Assembly (NCBI GenBank): GCA_964514965.1
Contig: CAZETV010000001.1
Location: 30,756-94,755, forward strand
Direction: 5' to 3'
Length of the DNA: 64,000 nucleotides
From: Candidatus Hadarchaeota archaeon
Lineage (GTDB): Archaea; Hadarchaeota; Hadarchaeia; Hadarchaeales; Hadarchaeaceae
Below, piece after piece: positions 7,895-17,158 of the stretch. Both the position numbers and the translations under genes were made by a program. Below the pieces are notes generated by a model. The model was not told the origin of the DNA. It made no database searches and saw only the letters and a program-made list of their open reading frames with translations. Position 1 is the stretch's first letter. Each line of letters opens with the position of its first letter.

Positions 7895-9150
7895 CTTACA
7901 AAGTCAAGAACATCAAGCTCGCACCCCAAGGCAAACGCATGATTGATTGGGCCGAGCGCCACATGCCTGTGCTGGCCGAAATTCGTCGTGAACTTTCAAA
8001 GACAAAACCGCTCAGGGGTATGAGGGTCGGAGCGGCCCTGCACACCGAGGCCAAGACGGCGGTGCTCGTCCGAACTCTCGTGGCGGCGGGAGCCAAGACG
8101 GCGATAACTAGCTGCAATCCGCTTTCAACACGTGATGAAGTTGCCGCAGCTCTAGCGAAGGAGGGCGTTGAAGTTTACGCGTGGCGGGGAGAAACCGCTC
8201 AAGAATATTACACCAACCTCAATCATGTGCTCGATATCAAGCCCGATGTGCTAGTGGACGATGGGGCCGATCTTATCTCGCTCGTCCATTCAAAGCGTAC
8301 CGCGCTTTTGAAACGCATTCTGGGTGCATCGGAGGAAACGACTACAGGGGTTAATCGGCTGCGGGTGATGTCAGCGGATGGTGCGCTCAAGTTTCCAGTG
8401 ATGGCGGTCAACGACTCCCCGGCGAAACGCTTTTTTGACAACCGCTTCGGCACAGCAGAGTCCGCATTTCAAGCAATCACGGGAATCACCAACACGCTCA
8501 TTGCTGGCAAGAACGTCGTAGTTGTTGGTTACGGTTTTGTTGGCCGAGGTATCGCCTCGCGCGCGAAAGGGTTGGGGGCAATCGTAGTCGTTGTTGAAAC
8601 CGACCCAATCAAGGCGCTTGAGGCGACGATGGATGGTTTCAGAGTTGCAGGGATGAAAAAGGCTGCTCGTGTGGGCGATATATTCGTAACGACGACGGGT
8701 AACCTAAAGGTTATTCGTGAGGAGCATATGTGCATGATGAAAGATGGCGCGATTTTGTGCAACGCGGGGCACTTCAACGTTGAGATAGACATTCCAGCAC
8801 TCAGAAAGCTCGCCGTGAAGAGTTGTGAGGTGTTGGAGGATGTTGAGGAGTTTCAGCTCAAGGATGGTAAGCGGCTTTACTTGCTCGCGGAGGGGCGCTT
8901 GGTAAACCTCGCTGGTAAACGTTCGCTCGGACACCCGATGGAAATTATGGACATGAGTTTCGCTCTGCAGGCTCTAAGTGTCGAATATATCGCTAAGCAC
9001 GCTGGCGAGCTTGAGCCAAAGGTGCATGAGGTACCGGCAGAGATAGATCGCAAGGTGGCTGAAATCAAGCTCAAGTCGATCGATGTGGAACTTGAAAAGC
9101 CAACTAAGGAGCAATTTGAGTATTTAAAATCTTGGCGTGTGGGCACTTAA
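7891..9150 (+). CDS. ahcY: S-adenosyl-L-homocysteine hydrolase
   Basis: 419 aa with an NAD-binding GYGxVGRG motif and the HxTxQTAVL(I/V)ETL-like region (HTEAKTAVLVRTL). Typical archaeal AdoHcyase. Confidence 0.95.
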   Translation: MTYKVKNIKLAPQGKRMIDWAERHMPVLAEIRRELSKTKPLRGMRVGAALHTEAKTAVLVRTLVAAGAKTAITSCNPLSTRDEVAAALAKEGVEVYAWRGETAQEYYTNLNHVLDIKPDVLVDDGADLISLVHSKRTALLKRILGASEETTTGVNRLRVMSADGALKFPVMAVNDSPAKRFFDNRFGTAESAFQAITGITNTLIAGKNVVVVGYGFVGRGIASRAKGLGAIVVVVETDPIKALEATMDGFRVAGMKKAARVGDIFVTTTGNLKVIREEHMCMMKDGAILCNAGHFNVEIDIPALRKLAVKSCEVLEDVEEFQLKDGKRLYLLAEGRLVNLAGKRSLGHPMEIMDMSFALQALSVEYIAKHAGELEPKVHEVPAEIDRKVAEIKLKSIDVELEKPTKEQFEYLKSWRVGT

Positions 9151-9184
9151 AAATGTAAAATGGAAATTTATTAGAGCTATTATT

Positions 9185-9454
9185 TTATTTTTTCCGCGCT
9201 ATTTTTTCGAGTAATGTGAAAGATATGGCGCCAATCACCCCAAATATCAGAGGAATGTACCCGCCCTCACCCATACATATGCTCATCCTGTGCCAAAAAG
9301 TAGTCTCGGGTATCCAAAAGAGTTGCTTTTGACGAATATACGCCCAGATAATCCAAGCCACGAACCCACAGAGAGTAGCGATAAAGACTAACCTAGGAAT
9401 CCACCATTTGACATTCTTTGCCCGCTGAGGCCTTCTACTTTTTGTCCTGTTCAT
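9185..9454 (-). CDS. small membrane protein (2 predicted TM helices), hypothetical
   Basis: 89-aa ORF with a basic N-terminus and two hydrophobic segments. Confidence 0.4.
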   Translation of the reverse strand: MNRTKSRRPQRAKNVKWWIPRLVFIATLCGFVAWIIWAYIRQKQLFWIPETTFWHRMSICMGEGGYIPLIFGVIGAISFTLLEKIARKK

Positions 9455-9552
9455 GCCGAAACTTCCTTACTATGATTTGAAAAAGATGTTATCCCACTTT
9501 TTTATAATCTCCTTGATTAAAATTTTCGTCACGAACCTCCCTTAACGAACCT

Positions 9553-10809
9553 TCACGCGGCAGGTCTAAATCTCAAGAGCGCTGCTAACCCTTTGAAAGC
9601 TATTAGAAGTTGTTTGCCCTCCTCGGTTTCGGTTGAGATGAACTCGGCGCCAGCACCAAACTTTTCTGCTAGCTCCAACAGCTCTTGCACGACGTCCTTG
9701 TTCCCGACTAACGACAACCTAGTTTCGCCGCAGTTCGGGCATTCTCGCACAGATAGCTGTTTTTCAAATTTTTCGACATCTTCGACGGTTTCCCGCAGTT
9801 CATGCCCGCAAGATTGACATTTTGCAGTTACTCGATTTTTCCTTATACCCTCTGAAATTAACAATAGCTCGACAGCACCCAGCTCGAGAGAGTGCCTGAT
9901 TTCCCGCTCGCCATATGTCGCTAGTCCTCTGCCAGCGACGAGTTCTTCCATGAAGCGTTGGACGAGCGATTTTTCCTTCAGAATATCTAGGTCGGCGAGT
10001 ATCTCACCTGATTTGTTGACCACTTCCTTTACTCCTTGCTCATCGGTGTAGCCAGTATCGAGTACTCCAGCGATTTTCTTCTTGATCCTATCTTGCAATA
10101 ATTCACTTTTCAAGAATTCTTCTTTAGTCGGCCCAGGCCCACCGACTATAACCGCCCGCAAATCTGATATATGCGAAAATATCTCGTTGGCGGCTTCTGC
10201 AACTCTTTTCGCGTACTCATGAGCAGCGATTTCTATCAACCTTTCGAACCGTCGTGCAGACTGACCTCCCTTGCCGTGTTTTCCGGGTACTCCGGAGGTC
10301 AACCTTCTCACTATCTCTATGTTTTTGCCACGTAGGGTCGCGAGCGTCGCTTCTCGCCGGTCCATGACGAGCACTCCCACGGTCTCTTTGACTTGGGTCA
10401 TATCTCGCAGCGGGTCAAGCACGAACTCTTGGTCGCAACGATACATCTTGATAGTTATCTGCTCGGGGGGTTCGACCCAATAAAGCTTGATGTCGGCGAT
10501 GTCATCGCGTCCAGCCACGTTTCCACAAAATATTGCCATCCCATTTGGAGGGGGACGCTTGTGAGTGTCGGCGTAGATGCGCAAGAACTGGATAATTCGC
10601 TCGAGAGCGCTTACCACGTTCTTTCGGGTAGTTTTCGACTTTATATTTGCTGCCGTCCCTTGCTCATCCCTGAGTTGTTGGATAACTTTGATGAGTTCAA
10701 AATCGGGGGTAATGTAGACCGAGATTAGCTCGGTTCCTCGGCCGCGCTTGCTAGCCAAATCTTCGAGCATCCGCTTAAATTGGTAACGCGCCTTGCTATC
10801 GACAGACAT
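9553..10809 (-). CDS. prf1: peptide chain release factor aRF1
   Basis: 418 aa with the GGQ motif (HGKGGQSARRFERL), an NIKS-like region (TAANIKSKTTRKN) and a C-terminal zinc-ribbon insertion (CQSCGHE ... CPNCG). Confidence 0.95.
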   Translation of the reverse strand: MSVDSKARYQFKRMLEDLASKRGRGTELISVYITPDFELIKVIQQLRDEQGTAANIKSKTTRKNVVSALERIIQFLRIYADTHKRPPPNGMAIFCGNVAGRDDIADIKLYWVEPPEQITIKMYRCDQEFVLDPLRDMTQVKETVGVLVMDRREATLATLRGKNIEIVRRLTSGVPGKHGKGGQSARRFERLIEIAAHEYAKRVAEAANEIFSHISDLRAVIVGGPGPTKEEFLKSELLQDRIKKKIAGVLDTGYTDEQGVKEVVNKSGEILADLDILKEKSLVQRFMEELVAGRGLATYGEREIRHSLELGAVELLLISEGIRKNRVTAKCQSCGHELRETVEDVEKFEKQLSVRECPNCGETRLSLVGNKDVVQELLELAEKFGAGAEFISTETEEGKQLLIAFKGLAALLRFRPAA

Positions 10810-10880
10810 TCGTATTCCCCATCATACTTCTCAACCGCGAATGTTAATAATGTGGCGCCGAATTTATTTTTGGTGATAAT

Positions 10881-11567
10881 ATGCGTGTGACATTCTGTTT
10901 CGGTGGCTCAATATTGGCGCCGGATAAGCCGGATGTGGGCTGCATTCGAGAGGTGGCTCAGACTCTCCGTACGCTCAAGTCGCAGATGCATGAAATCCTC
11001 GTCGTCACAGGTGGAGGAGGGCCTTCGCGCAAGTACATCGAAGTTGCACGAAAGTTTAAAGCTTCAAGCACCTTCTGCGATATCATAGGGATAAATTTCA
11101 CACGCCTGAATGCTCGCCTGTTGATTGCTGCCCTCGGCGATCTCGCGGAACAGGAACCCATTACAACTTTTGAAGCGGCGATTAGAGTGATGCTTAGGGA
11201 TAAAGTACCTGTGATGGGCGGTACAATGTCAGGTCAAACCACCGATGCAGTCGCCGCGATGTTGGCTAGTTCGAGTAAGTCCAAACTTTTGATTTTCTTG
11301 ACAGATGTGGACGGAGTTTACACAGCCGATCCTAAAATTGACCCAAAAGCAAAGAAGTTCAAGGTGATGACTGGTGATGAACTCATGAAGCTAGTGTCGG
11401 TAAAAAAAATGAAACCGGGAATTAACATGATAATCGACCCTGTGAGTGCGAAGCTCATCCAGCGGACGGGCATCCGAACTCTTGTGTTAGGGAAGCACGA
11501 GATCAAACGCTTACCGGAGATTTTAAGGGGTGCAGAGCATAGTGGTACTACGATTGTATCCGGATGA
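10881..11567 (+). CDS. pyrH: uridylate (UMP) kinase, archaeal type
   Basis: Amino-acid-kinase fold, approximately 228 aa, with motifs VVTGGGG ... GGTMSGQTTD ... LTDVDGVYTADP. Confidence 0.8.
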   Translation: MRVTFCFGGSILAPDKPDVGCIREVAQTLRTLKSQMHEILVVTGGGGPSRKYIEVARKFKASSTFCDIIGINFTRLNARLLIAALGDLAEQEPITTFEAAIRVMLRDKVPVMGGTMSGQTTDAVAAMLASSSKSKLLIFLTDVDGVYTADPKIDPKAKKFKVMTGDELMKLVSVKKMKPGINMIIDPVSAKLIQRTGIRTLVLGKHEIKRLPEILRGAEHSGTTIVSG

Positions 11568-11571
11568 TAAA

Positions 11572-11763
11572 ATGCCAGAGAACCATCGACATTGCATTGT
11601 TTGCGGGAAGGCGATTGAGCAAGATAAATTTTTCTGCTCACCTTCATGCGAGGATGTCTTCAAAAAACAACAAAAGCGTATGTCACGCAGTAGATTAATT
11701 ATGATAGCGATTTTTGTTGCAATTTTCGTGATGATTGTAGTTTTGCAATACATTAGGTCATGA
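11572..11763 (+). CDS. DUF2116-like zinc-ribbon protein with C-terminal TM helix
   Basis: Starts MPENHRHCIVCGKAIEQDKFFCSPSCEDVFKK, then a basic linker and a hydrophobic C-terminus. The ATG at 11572 follows the pyrH stop directly. Confidence 0.6.
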   Translation: MPENHRHCIVCGKAIEQDKFFCSPSCEDVFKKQQKRMSRSRLIMIAIFVAIFVMIVVLQYIRS

Positions 11764-14487
11764 AGATGTAATCAGGATGGTTAACGCGGGTTCTTGGATA
11801 TCGATAACTTCAACTTTGTGCCCCGCACTTGCGGTCTCTTTTATCACCTTCACATCTTCGGGCGCGAGTTCGAATTGTTTGTCACCCGCTTGGAGCGTGA
11901 GCTTCCCTTTTGCAAGCTGTGTTGCTAGTTCCTCTGGCTTCGTCTCACGCAAAGCTTGCACGACAAGTTTTACGTCCGCGCGTAGGCTCGGCCCTAGCTT
12001 TGCTAATTTGGGTTCGACCGCAAGCACGCGCTCGGCCAGCTTCGGTCTGCCGACTTTGATTTTGAGCTTCTCCACGCGCATGGTGCCGGAGATGTCTTCA
12101 TTCACCTGCTTCACATGTTCTGCGGTCTCCTCGTTAGAGGCATAAATTTCGACCGATGAAAGTTCCTTGCTAAGCGCCATCTTGTGCGCAGACTTGAATT
12201 GTCGAAGAGCACTCACGATTAAGTTTGCTATCTCGCCGGCTCGCTCGGCTGATTCGTTAATAAACTTCTTATTTACCTCGGGCCAGCTTGAGACGTGGAT
12301 GCTTGGATGTGGGCAATTCTTGGCGAAGTGAGCTTGGTAAATCTCCTCGGAGAAGTGTGGTGTGAATGGAGCGAGCAGTTTAGTGGCGGCCAATATCACA
12401 TGGTAAAGCGTATATCTTGCAGCGTCGGCAGTGGGATCGCCACCATAGAGGCGGTGTTTAATTTCTTCAATGTACATATCGCAAAACTCGTGCCAAATGA
12501 AAGTCTGGATTGCGCCTAGTGCGTGGTTAAATTGGAAGTCATCGAGCCAGTCCGTGGTTTGCTTGATAAGTCGGTTGAGGCGGCTGAGAATCCAGAGGTC
12601 AACAGGTTTAAACTTGAGCTTCTCCGGGTCGAGCTCAGCAATTTTCGCGTTCAGATGGGTTCCCGCGAAACGCGCAGCATTCCAGAACTTACGCATGAAA
12701 CGATAACCGAATTCGACATCCTTCCAGTTGAAGGGGATATCGGAACCCGTGGAGGCTCCGATAGCTGCCCACTGCCGGAGGGCATCGGTCCCATACTTGC
12801 TCCGGGCCATTGTCGTGTCGACATAGTTGCCGAGCGACTTCGACATCTTTCGACCGTCTTCACCAAAAACCATGCCGTTGATTAGCACCGTGCGATAAGG
12901 CGCCTCGCCCAGCAGCGCTAGGTGTCGAACCATAAGGTAGTAGTCCCATGTGCGGATGATGTCTGTCCCGTTAGGTTGAAGGTCTGCTGGAAAGAGGCGT
13001 CGGTCGAGCTCTGGCCAGCCGGCATGAACGGCGATTGTTATCGAACTGTCCATCCATGTGTCGAGCACGTCTTTTTCAGGCTCGAAGCTTTTGTTGCCAC
13101 ATTTCGGGCATCGTTCGACTAGTGGTTCATCTTTCACAGGGTTCACGGGCAGCTGTTTTTCCTCAGCGACAATAGGCTCTTTACAACTCGTACAGTACCA
13201 AGCTGGAATCGGGGTCGCAAAGATGCGCTGTCTCGATATCACCCAATCCCAATCCATCGACTCTGCCCAGTCGATTAACCTCTGTCGCATGTGGTCGGGA
13301 ACCCAACGGACTTGCTTGGCGCTTTCGACCACCTTGTCCTTGAGGTCTATCACTCTCATGAACCACTGCGGTTTTGCTAGAATTTCAACCGGAGTCTTGC
13401 ACCGCCAACACACTCCGACGCTTTGAGCCAGCTTCTCCTGCTTAACTATCAGACCCGCTTTGCGGAGGTCATCGATGATTGCACGCTTGCACTCCTTGAG
13501 CGTCAGTCCAGTGTATTTTCCAGCTGCTCCGCTCATCTTCCCTCTTTCATCGATGAGTTTGACTACGGGTAACTTGTAGCGTTTCGTCCATCGTACATCG
13601 GTCTTATCGCCAAAAGTGCAGACCATCACCACGCCCGTGCCGAACTCGGGGTCAACTTCGTGGTCCTCGATGATTTCGACGACTTGACCGAATGGTGGAA
13701 CCTCGAGTTTTTTTCCAACGTGTTTTCTGTAGCGCTCGTCTCCAGGGTAAACCGCCACGACCACGCATGCGGGAAGATACTCGGGTCGAGTGGTGGCTAT
13801 GGTGAGGTATTCTTCTTCATCATGAAACTTGAACTTGATGTAGCTGAATGTTGCCTCTCGATCTTCGTATTCGACTTCGGCATCGGCAATCGCGGTTTCG
13901 CATCTCGGGCACCAGTTGACAGGATGCTCGCCTCGATAGATCAAACCACGCTTGTAGAGCTGCACGAAGGATAACTGGGTTCGCCTGTAGTAGTCCGGGT
14001 TCATCGTCCGGTATTCTGTAGACCAATCGATTGAAAAGCCGAGCGAGTTCATCTCCTCCCTCATGTGGCCGATGTTTTCCTCGGTTAGCTTGATGCAGAG
14101 TTCGCGAAATTTTCCAACAGGGAGGTCGCCTTTACGGATTCCGTAGCGCTTTTCGACTTGAACTTCAGTTGGCAACCCGTGGCAATCCCAGCCTTGCGGG
14201 AACAGTACATTGAAACCGCGCATTCTTTTGTAGCGGGCGGCGATATCGAAGTAGGTCCAGTTAAGCGCCGTGCCGATGTGAAACTCTCCGGACGGGTAGG
14301 GAGGTGGAGTATCAATAACGTAAGTCGGCTTTTTTTTATCTTCGCGGTCAAAGCGGTGGATGTCTAACTCTCTCCATCGCTCCTGCCACTTGGGTTCGAT
14401 TTTGAGCGGTTCGTAATCTTTTGATACTTCCACTTGATATCCTCCTTTGGCTTTCTGGGCAGCCTCATCAAAATCTGAATTAAACAA
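11758..14487 (-). CDS. valS: valyl-tRNA synthetase
   Basis: 909 aa with HIGH (PYPSGEFHIGTALN), KMSKS, an editing domain, and the archaeal C-terminal extension. Confidence 0.95.
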   Translation of the reverse strand: MFNSDFDEAAQKAKGGYQVEVSKDYEPLKIEPKWQERWRELDIHRFDREDKKKPTYVIDTPPPYPSGEFHIGTALNWTYFDIAARYKRMRGFNVLFPQGWDCHGLPTEVQVEKRYGIRKGDLPVGKFRELCIKLTEENIGHMREEMNSLGFSIDWSTEYRTMNPDYYRRTQLSFVQLYKRGLIYRGEHPVNWCPRCETAIADAEVEYEDREATFSYIKFKFHDEEEYLTIATTRPEYLPACVVVAVYPGDERYRKHVGKKLEVPPFGQVVEIIEDHEVDPEFGTGVVMVCTFGDKTDVRWTKRYKLPVVKLIDERGKMSGAAGKYTGLTLKECKRAIIDDLRKAGLIVKQEKLAQSVGVCWRCKTPVEILAKPQWFMRVIDLKDKVVESAKQVRWVPDHMRQRLIDWAESMDWDWVISRQRIFATPIPAWYCTSCKEPIVAEEKQLPVNPVKDEPLVERCPKCGNKSFEPEKDVLDTWMDSSITIAVHAGWPELDRRLFPADLQPNGTDIIRTWDYYLMVRHLALLGEAPYRTVLINGMVFGEDGRKMSKSLGNYVDTTMARSKYGTDALRQWAAIGASTGSDIPFNWKDVEFGYRFMRKFWNAARFAGTHLNAKIAELDPEKLKFKPVDLWILSRLNRLIKQTTDWLDDFQFNHALGAIQTFIWHEFCDMYIEEIKHRLYGGDPTADAARYTLYHVILAATKLLAPFTPHFSEEIYQAHFAKNCPHPSIHVSSWPEVNKKFINESAERAGEIANLIVSALRQFKSAHKMALSKELSSVEIYASNEETAEHVKQVNEDISGTMRVEKLKIKVGRPKLAERVLAVEPKLAKLGPSLRADVKLVVQALRETKPEELATQLAKGKLTLQAGDKQFELAPEDVKVIKETASAGHKVEVIDIQEPALTILITSS

Positions 14488-14502
14488 TATAAATCAATTC
14501 GG

Positions 14503-15354
14503 CTATTCCACCTCAACGTTGCGTTCAGGGGGTATTCGCGCAAAAGCTTCCAAACTAGGCTGCGTGGGTGGGCGCTTAAATTTCACTTCTTTGTCAAGAT
14601 TAACACGTAGCCCGGCGTAACCCGGCAACGTTTCTACACCCGTTGCAGCCTTGATTCGCTTCGCCTCCTTCTCTGGTGAATGTTTCAAGAACAGCATGCC
14701 CATATGCACTATCACTGCTAGTTCTGGTTTAACTTGATTTAGGAGATCGATGAGGTCGTCAGAGCAGAGGTGCCACGGGATTCGCATCGCCAGCGGGCGC
14801 GTGACATTTGCTATTAAGACTCGACTGCCTTTGAAGTGCTTTGCGAGTTCATCAAAGTACTGGGTATCATTGGTGTAGCCTATGATGCCCTTTTGTGAGT
14901 GAATTTTTAACCCAAAAGTCGTGGGGTCGCTATGTTTTGTTGGTGTCGCATCGAGTTTTATGTCGTCTAACTTGCAACTTTCGCCGACTTGAAGGCAAAT
15001 AACTTTCTCCGGCTTTCCTTGATGAAAACGCGAGACCGCCTGATCAAATTCTCCTACGCCCTCAAGCACGCTTTTGCTTCCTATTAACATGCCTCGTCTG
15101 CGGGTCATGTGTCGAGTCATCGCCTCGATGAGCACTTCTGCGTCACAGTAATGGTCGAGATGGCAATGAGTAGCCACGACGCAGTCAAGATCAAGCGGAT
15201 TTAAATTGTGCTGATGGGTAAGCAAGAGAGCTCCGGGTCCAGGATCGACGTGTATTTTGATTCCCGCGTGCAAGCGGAAGCCCCCAGTCTTGAAATGTTG
15301 GGCGATAACTTGAAGACGGCCTCCACCGCATCCCAGAAATACTAGTTCGACCAT
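14503..15354 (-). CDS. MBL-fold metallo-hydrolase (RNase Z/BN-like)
   Basis: HxHxDH motif (ATHCHLDHYCD) and a glycine-rich N-terminus (LVFLGCGGG). Confidence 0.55.
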   Translation of the reverse strand: MVELVFLGCGGGRLQVIAQHFKTGGFRLHAGIKIHVDPGPGALLLTHQHNLNPLDLDCVVATHCHLDHYCDAEVLIEAMTRHMTRRRGMLIGSKSVLEGVGEFDQAVSRFHQGKPEKVICLQVGESCKLDDIKLDATPTKHSDPTTFGLKIHSQKGIIGYTNDTQYFDELAKHFKGSRVLIANVTRPLAMRIPWHLCSDDLIDLLNQVKPELAVIVHMGMLFLKHSPEKEAKRIKAATGVETLPGYAGLRVNLDKEVKFKRPPTQPSLEAFARIPPERNVEVE

Positions 15355-15636
15355 AAGACTACCGATTTTTATTTGTGGGAGGAAAAATAAACCTGCTTAA
15401 CAAGCTGTGAATGGATTTCTGCAGAGTTACTACAAGCGTTCCTGAGTCTAACCCAATTATCTTTTTCAAAAAGCGTCCAGTGGTGATTTAATAGAGAATG
15501 GCTATCCCAGGTAAAAAGAACTTGACGTGGATGAGGCTTTCAGGTTTTTGGGTTGCCTCTTCCAAAATTTAGGAGTTTGTACAGTCCTAACCATTAACTG
15601 GATGAACTGCCTGCATGTTGTAGGTGGAGATCGACC

Positions 15637-15862
15637 TCACGCCACTATCAGCGAAGTCTCCGTGTACCGTACCCCGGAGATGCTCTGAATCTTGCTGACG
15701 ACGGACTCACCGAGTGCTTTAAGATCTGCCACTTCAACCCGGACGACGATATCAAACCTTCCTGTGGTCGCGGCAGCAAATCTTACTTCTGGCAAATTTT
15801 TGATTTTATCCAGGAGTCAAGGCTTTCCCAGGTTCAGTACGGATGTATGCGATTGCCTGCAT
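15637..15862 (-). pseudogene. stand-alone RAM-domain (Lrp/AsnC ligand-binding domain) gene, apparently frameshifted
   Basis: The minus strand has GGAGGTGGATAAT-ATG at 15862, giving MQAIAYIRTEPGKALTPG followed by a stop. The +1 frame continues as LLDKIKNLPEVRFAAATTGRFDIVVRVEVADLKALGESVVSKIQSISGVRYTETSLIVA. Together these reconstitute a typical 75-aa RAM protein. The frameshift lies near 15805..15815. Confidence 0.5.
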
Positions 15863-16140
15863 TATCCACCTCCTGCAAGTTCTATCTCACAAATTAATTT
15901 TGAACTTACAGCTAATTAAAACCATAATCCACGTTTTGATATAATCTGCTCGTTCAGATTTTCGAAAGTAAATTGTTGGCATTTCAAGAAAGGATTATCT
16001 CGCGTATATCCGTAGGATGAATGTTTTGGTGAATGGCGCGGCAGACCGTCACAAATGGATGTTTGATATCGGTTCTTCGCGTTCCAAAAATATTAAGAGA
16101 TGCAACGATTGGATTAAAACTGGAAGGGTGTCTCCTTACA

Positions 16141-16231
16141 GGGCCCATAGCTCAGTTGGTAGAGCGCCGCCTTCGCATGCATTTGCCGGAAAAGGCGGAG
16201 GTCGCGGGTTCGAGTCCCGCTGGGTCCACCA
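16141..16231 (+). tRNA. tRNA-Ala (anticodon CGC) with 15-nt intron at 37/38 (16178..16192), CCA encoded
   Basis: Manual fold. Acceptor GGGCCCA/TGGGTCC, D-arm GCTC-AGTTGGTA-GAGC, anticodon stem CCGCC/GGCGG with loop TTCGCA|intron|A, T-arm GCGGG-TTCGAGT-CCCGC, discriminator A. Confidence 0.85.
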
Positions 16232-16559
16232 CTTTTATTCAACCACCCATCCCCGCCGTTAGCCTCGTCACTCGTGCTCATCGTCTTCGATACTAGAACT
16301 GCTAGTATCATTGCCGCACTCCTTTATAATTAGAATTTCGTTTTTCATTTTTTTCACTTCCTTACTCGCATTTTGGTATTCATACTAGTGGTAAACAGTA
16401 GCTGCACTAATGACCATCTGAGGGCAAACCGTGCACTATTTAAGTGTCTTAGTTCAATGAAATTAAGACACAATGGGCTTTTCTCAGGAAGAGCTTTTCA
16501 AAGAAACAGTTAAGACGTTTCTTCGGGTTGTGTCTAAGAAAAAAAGGAGTGTTAATAAA

Positions 16560-16745
16560 ATGGCATATGGCGGAAGATTCGGTGGACGCAGAAGGGATTT
16601 CCCTCGCGAAATGAACAAAGCGACTTGCTCAGACTGTGGCAAGGAATGTGAGGTTCCCTTCAAACCAACAGAAGGTCGACCGGTTTACTGCAGAGAGTGC
16701 TTTCAGAAGCACCGATCAGAGAGAAGAGGCCCATCGCGCTGGTAG
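16560..16745 (+). CDS. small zinc-ribbon protein (Cx2C-x17-Cx2C), 61 aa
   Basis: MAYGGRFGGRRRDFPREMNKATCSDCGKECEVPFKPTEGRPVYCRECFQKH. AAGGAG lies 10 nt upstream of ATG 16560, so the longer track ORF from 16473 is unlikely to be the real start. Confidence 0.6.
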   Translation: MAYGGRFGGRRRDFPREMNKATCSDCGKECEVPFKPTEGRPVYCRECFQKHRSERRGPSRW

Positions 16746-17049
16746 GTGAGCAGGTTCTGGTGGCTGTTCTCTTTGGTTAGCGATAGCTATCTTTCTCAGA
16801 CTAGAAAGAAGTAATGGCTAACTAAAAAGGGACAAAATAGCAGGGAAAATTACAGAAAAACCTGTAAAGTTGAGTTCTCGAAATAGGAGAATCTGTCTAC
16901 GCCACCTTGCTCATGAGGGCGCTTCGACCGCGTCTGAAATCGTTTAGGCCCTAGGGGTCCTTAGCGGCAAGCAAAGTGTAATGAAAGTAAAACGAATTAG
17001 ATCAGATTATCTAAGAAGAAATTTAAGTAACGTGAGCAACTGCTTAAGG

Positions 17050-17142
17050 GGGCCCGTGGCGCAGATTGGTTAGCGCGTTCGGCTGATAGCCAGTTTGGCA
17101 GAAACCGGAAGGTCGAGGGTTCGAATCCCTCCGGGCCCACCA
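17050..17142 (+). tRNA. tRNA-Ile (anticodon GAU) with 15-nt intron at 37/38 (17089..17103), CCA encoded
   Basis: Manual fold. Acceptor GGGCCCG/CGGGCCC, D-arm GCGC-AGATTGGTTA-GCGC, anticodon stem TTCGG/CCGGA with loop CTGATA|intron|A, T-arm GAGGG-TTCGAAT-CCCTC. Confidence 0.85.
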
Positions 17143-17158
17143 TCAAAGGTAACGAACT

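Noticed and set aside
16473-16745. 90-aa version of the zinc-ribbon ORF starting at 16473
   Set aside because: The internal ATG at 16560 has AAGGAG at -10, and the upstream extension overlaps a hairpin. The 61-aa product matches small zinc-ribbon proteins.
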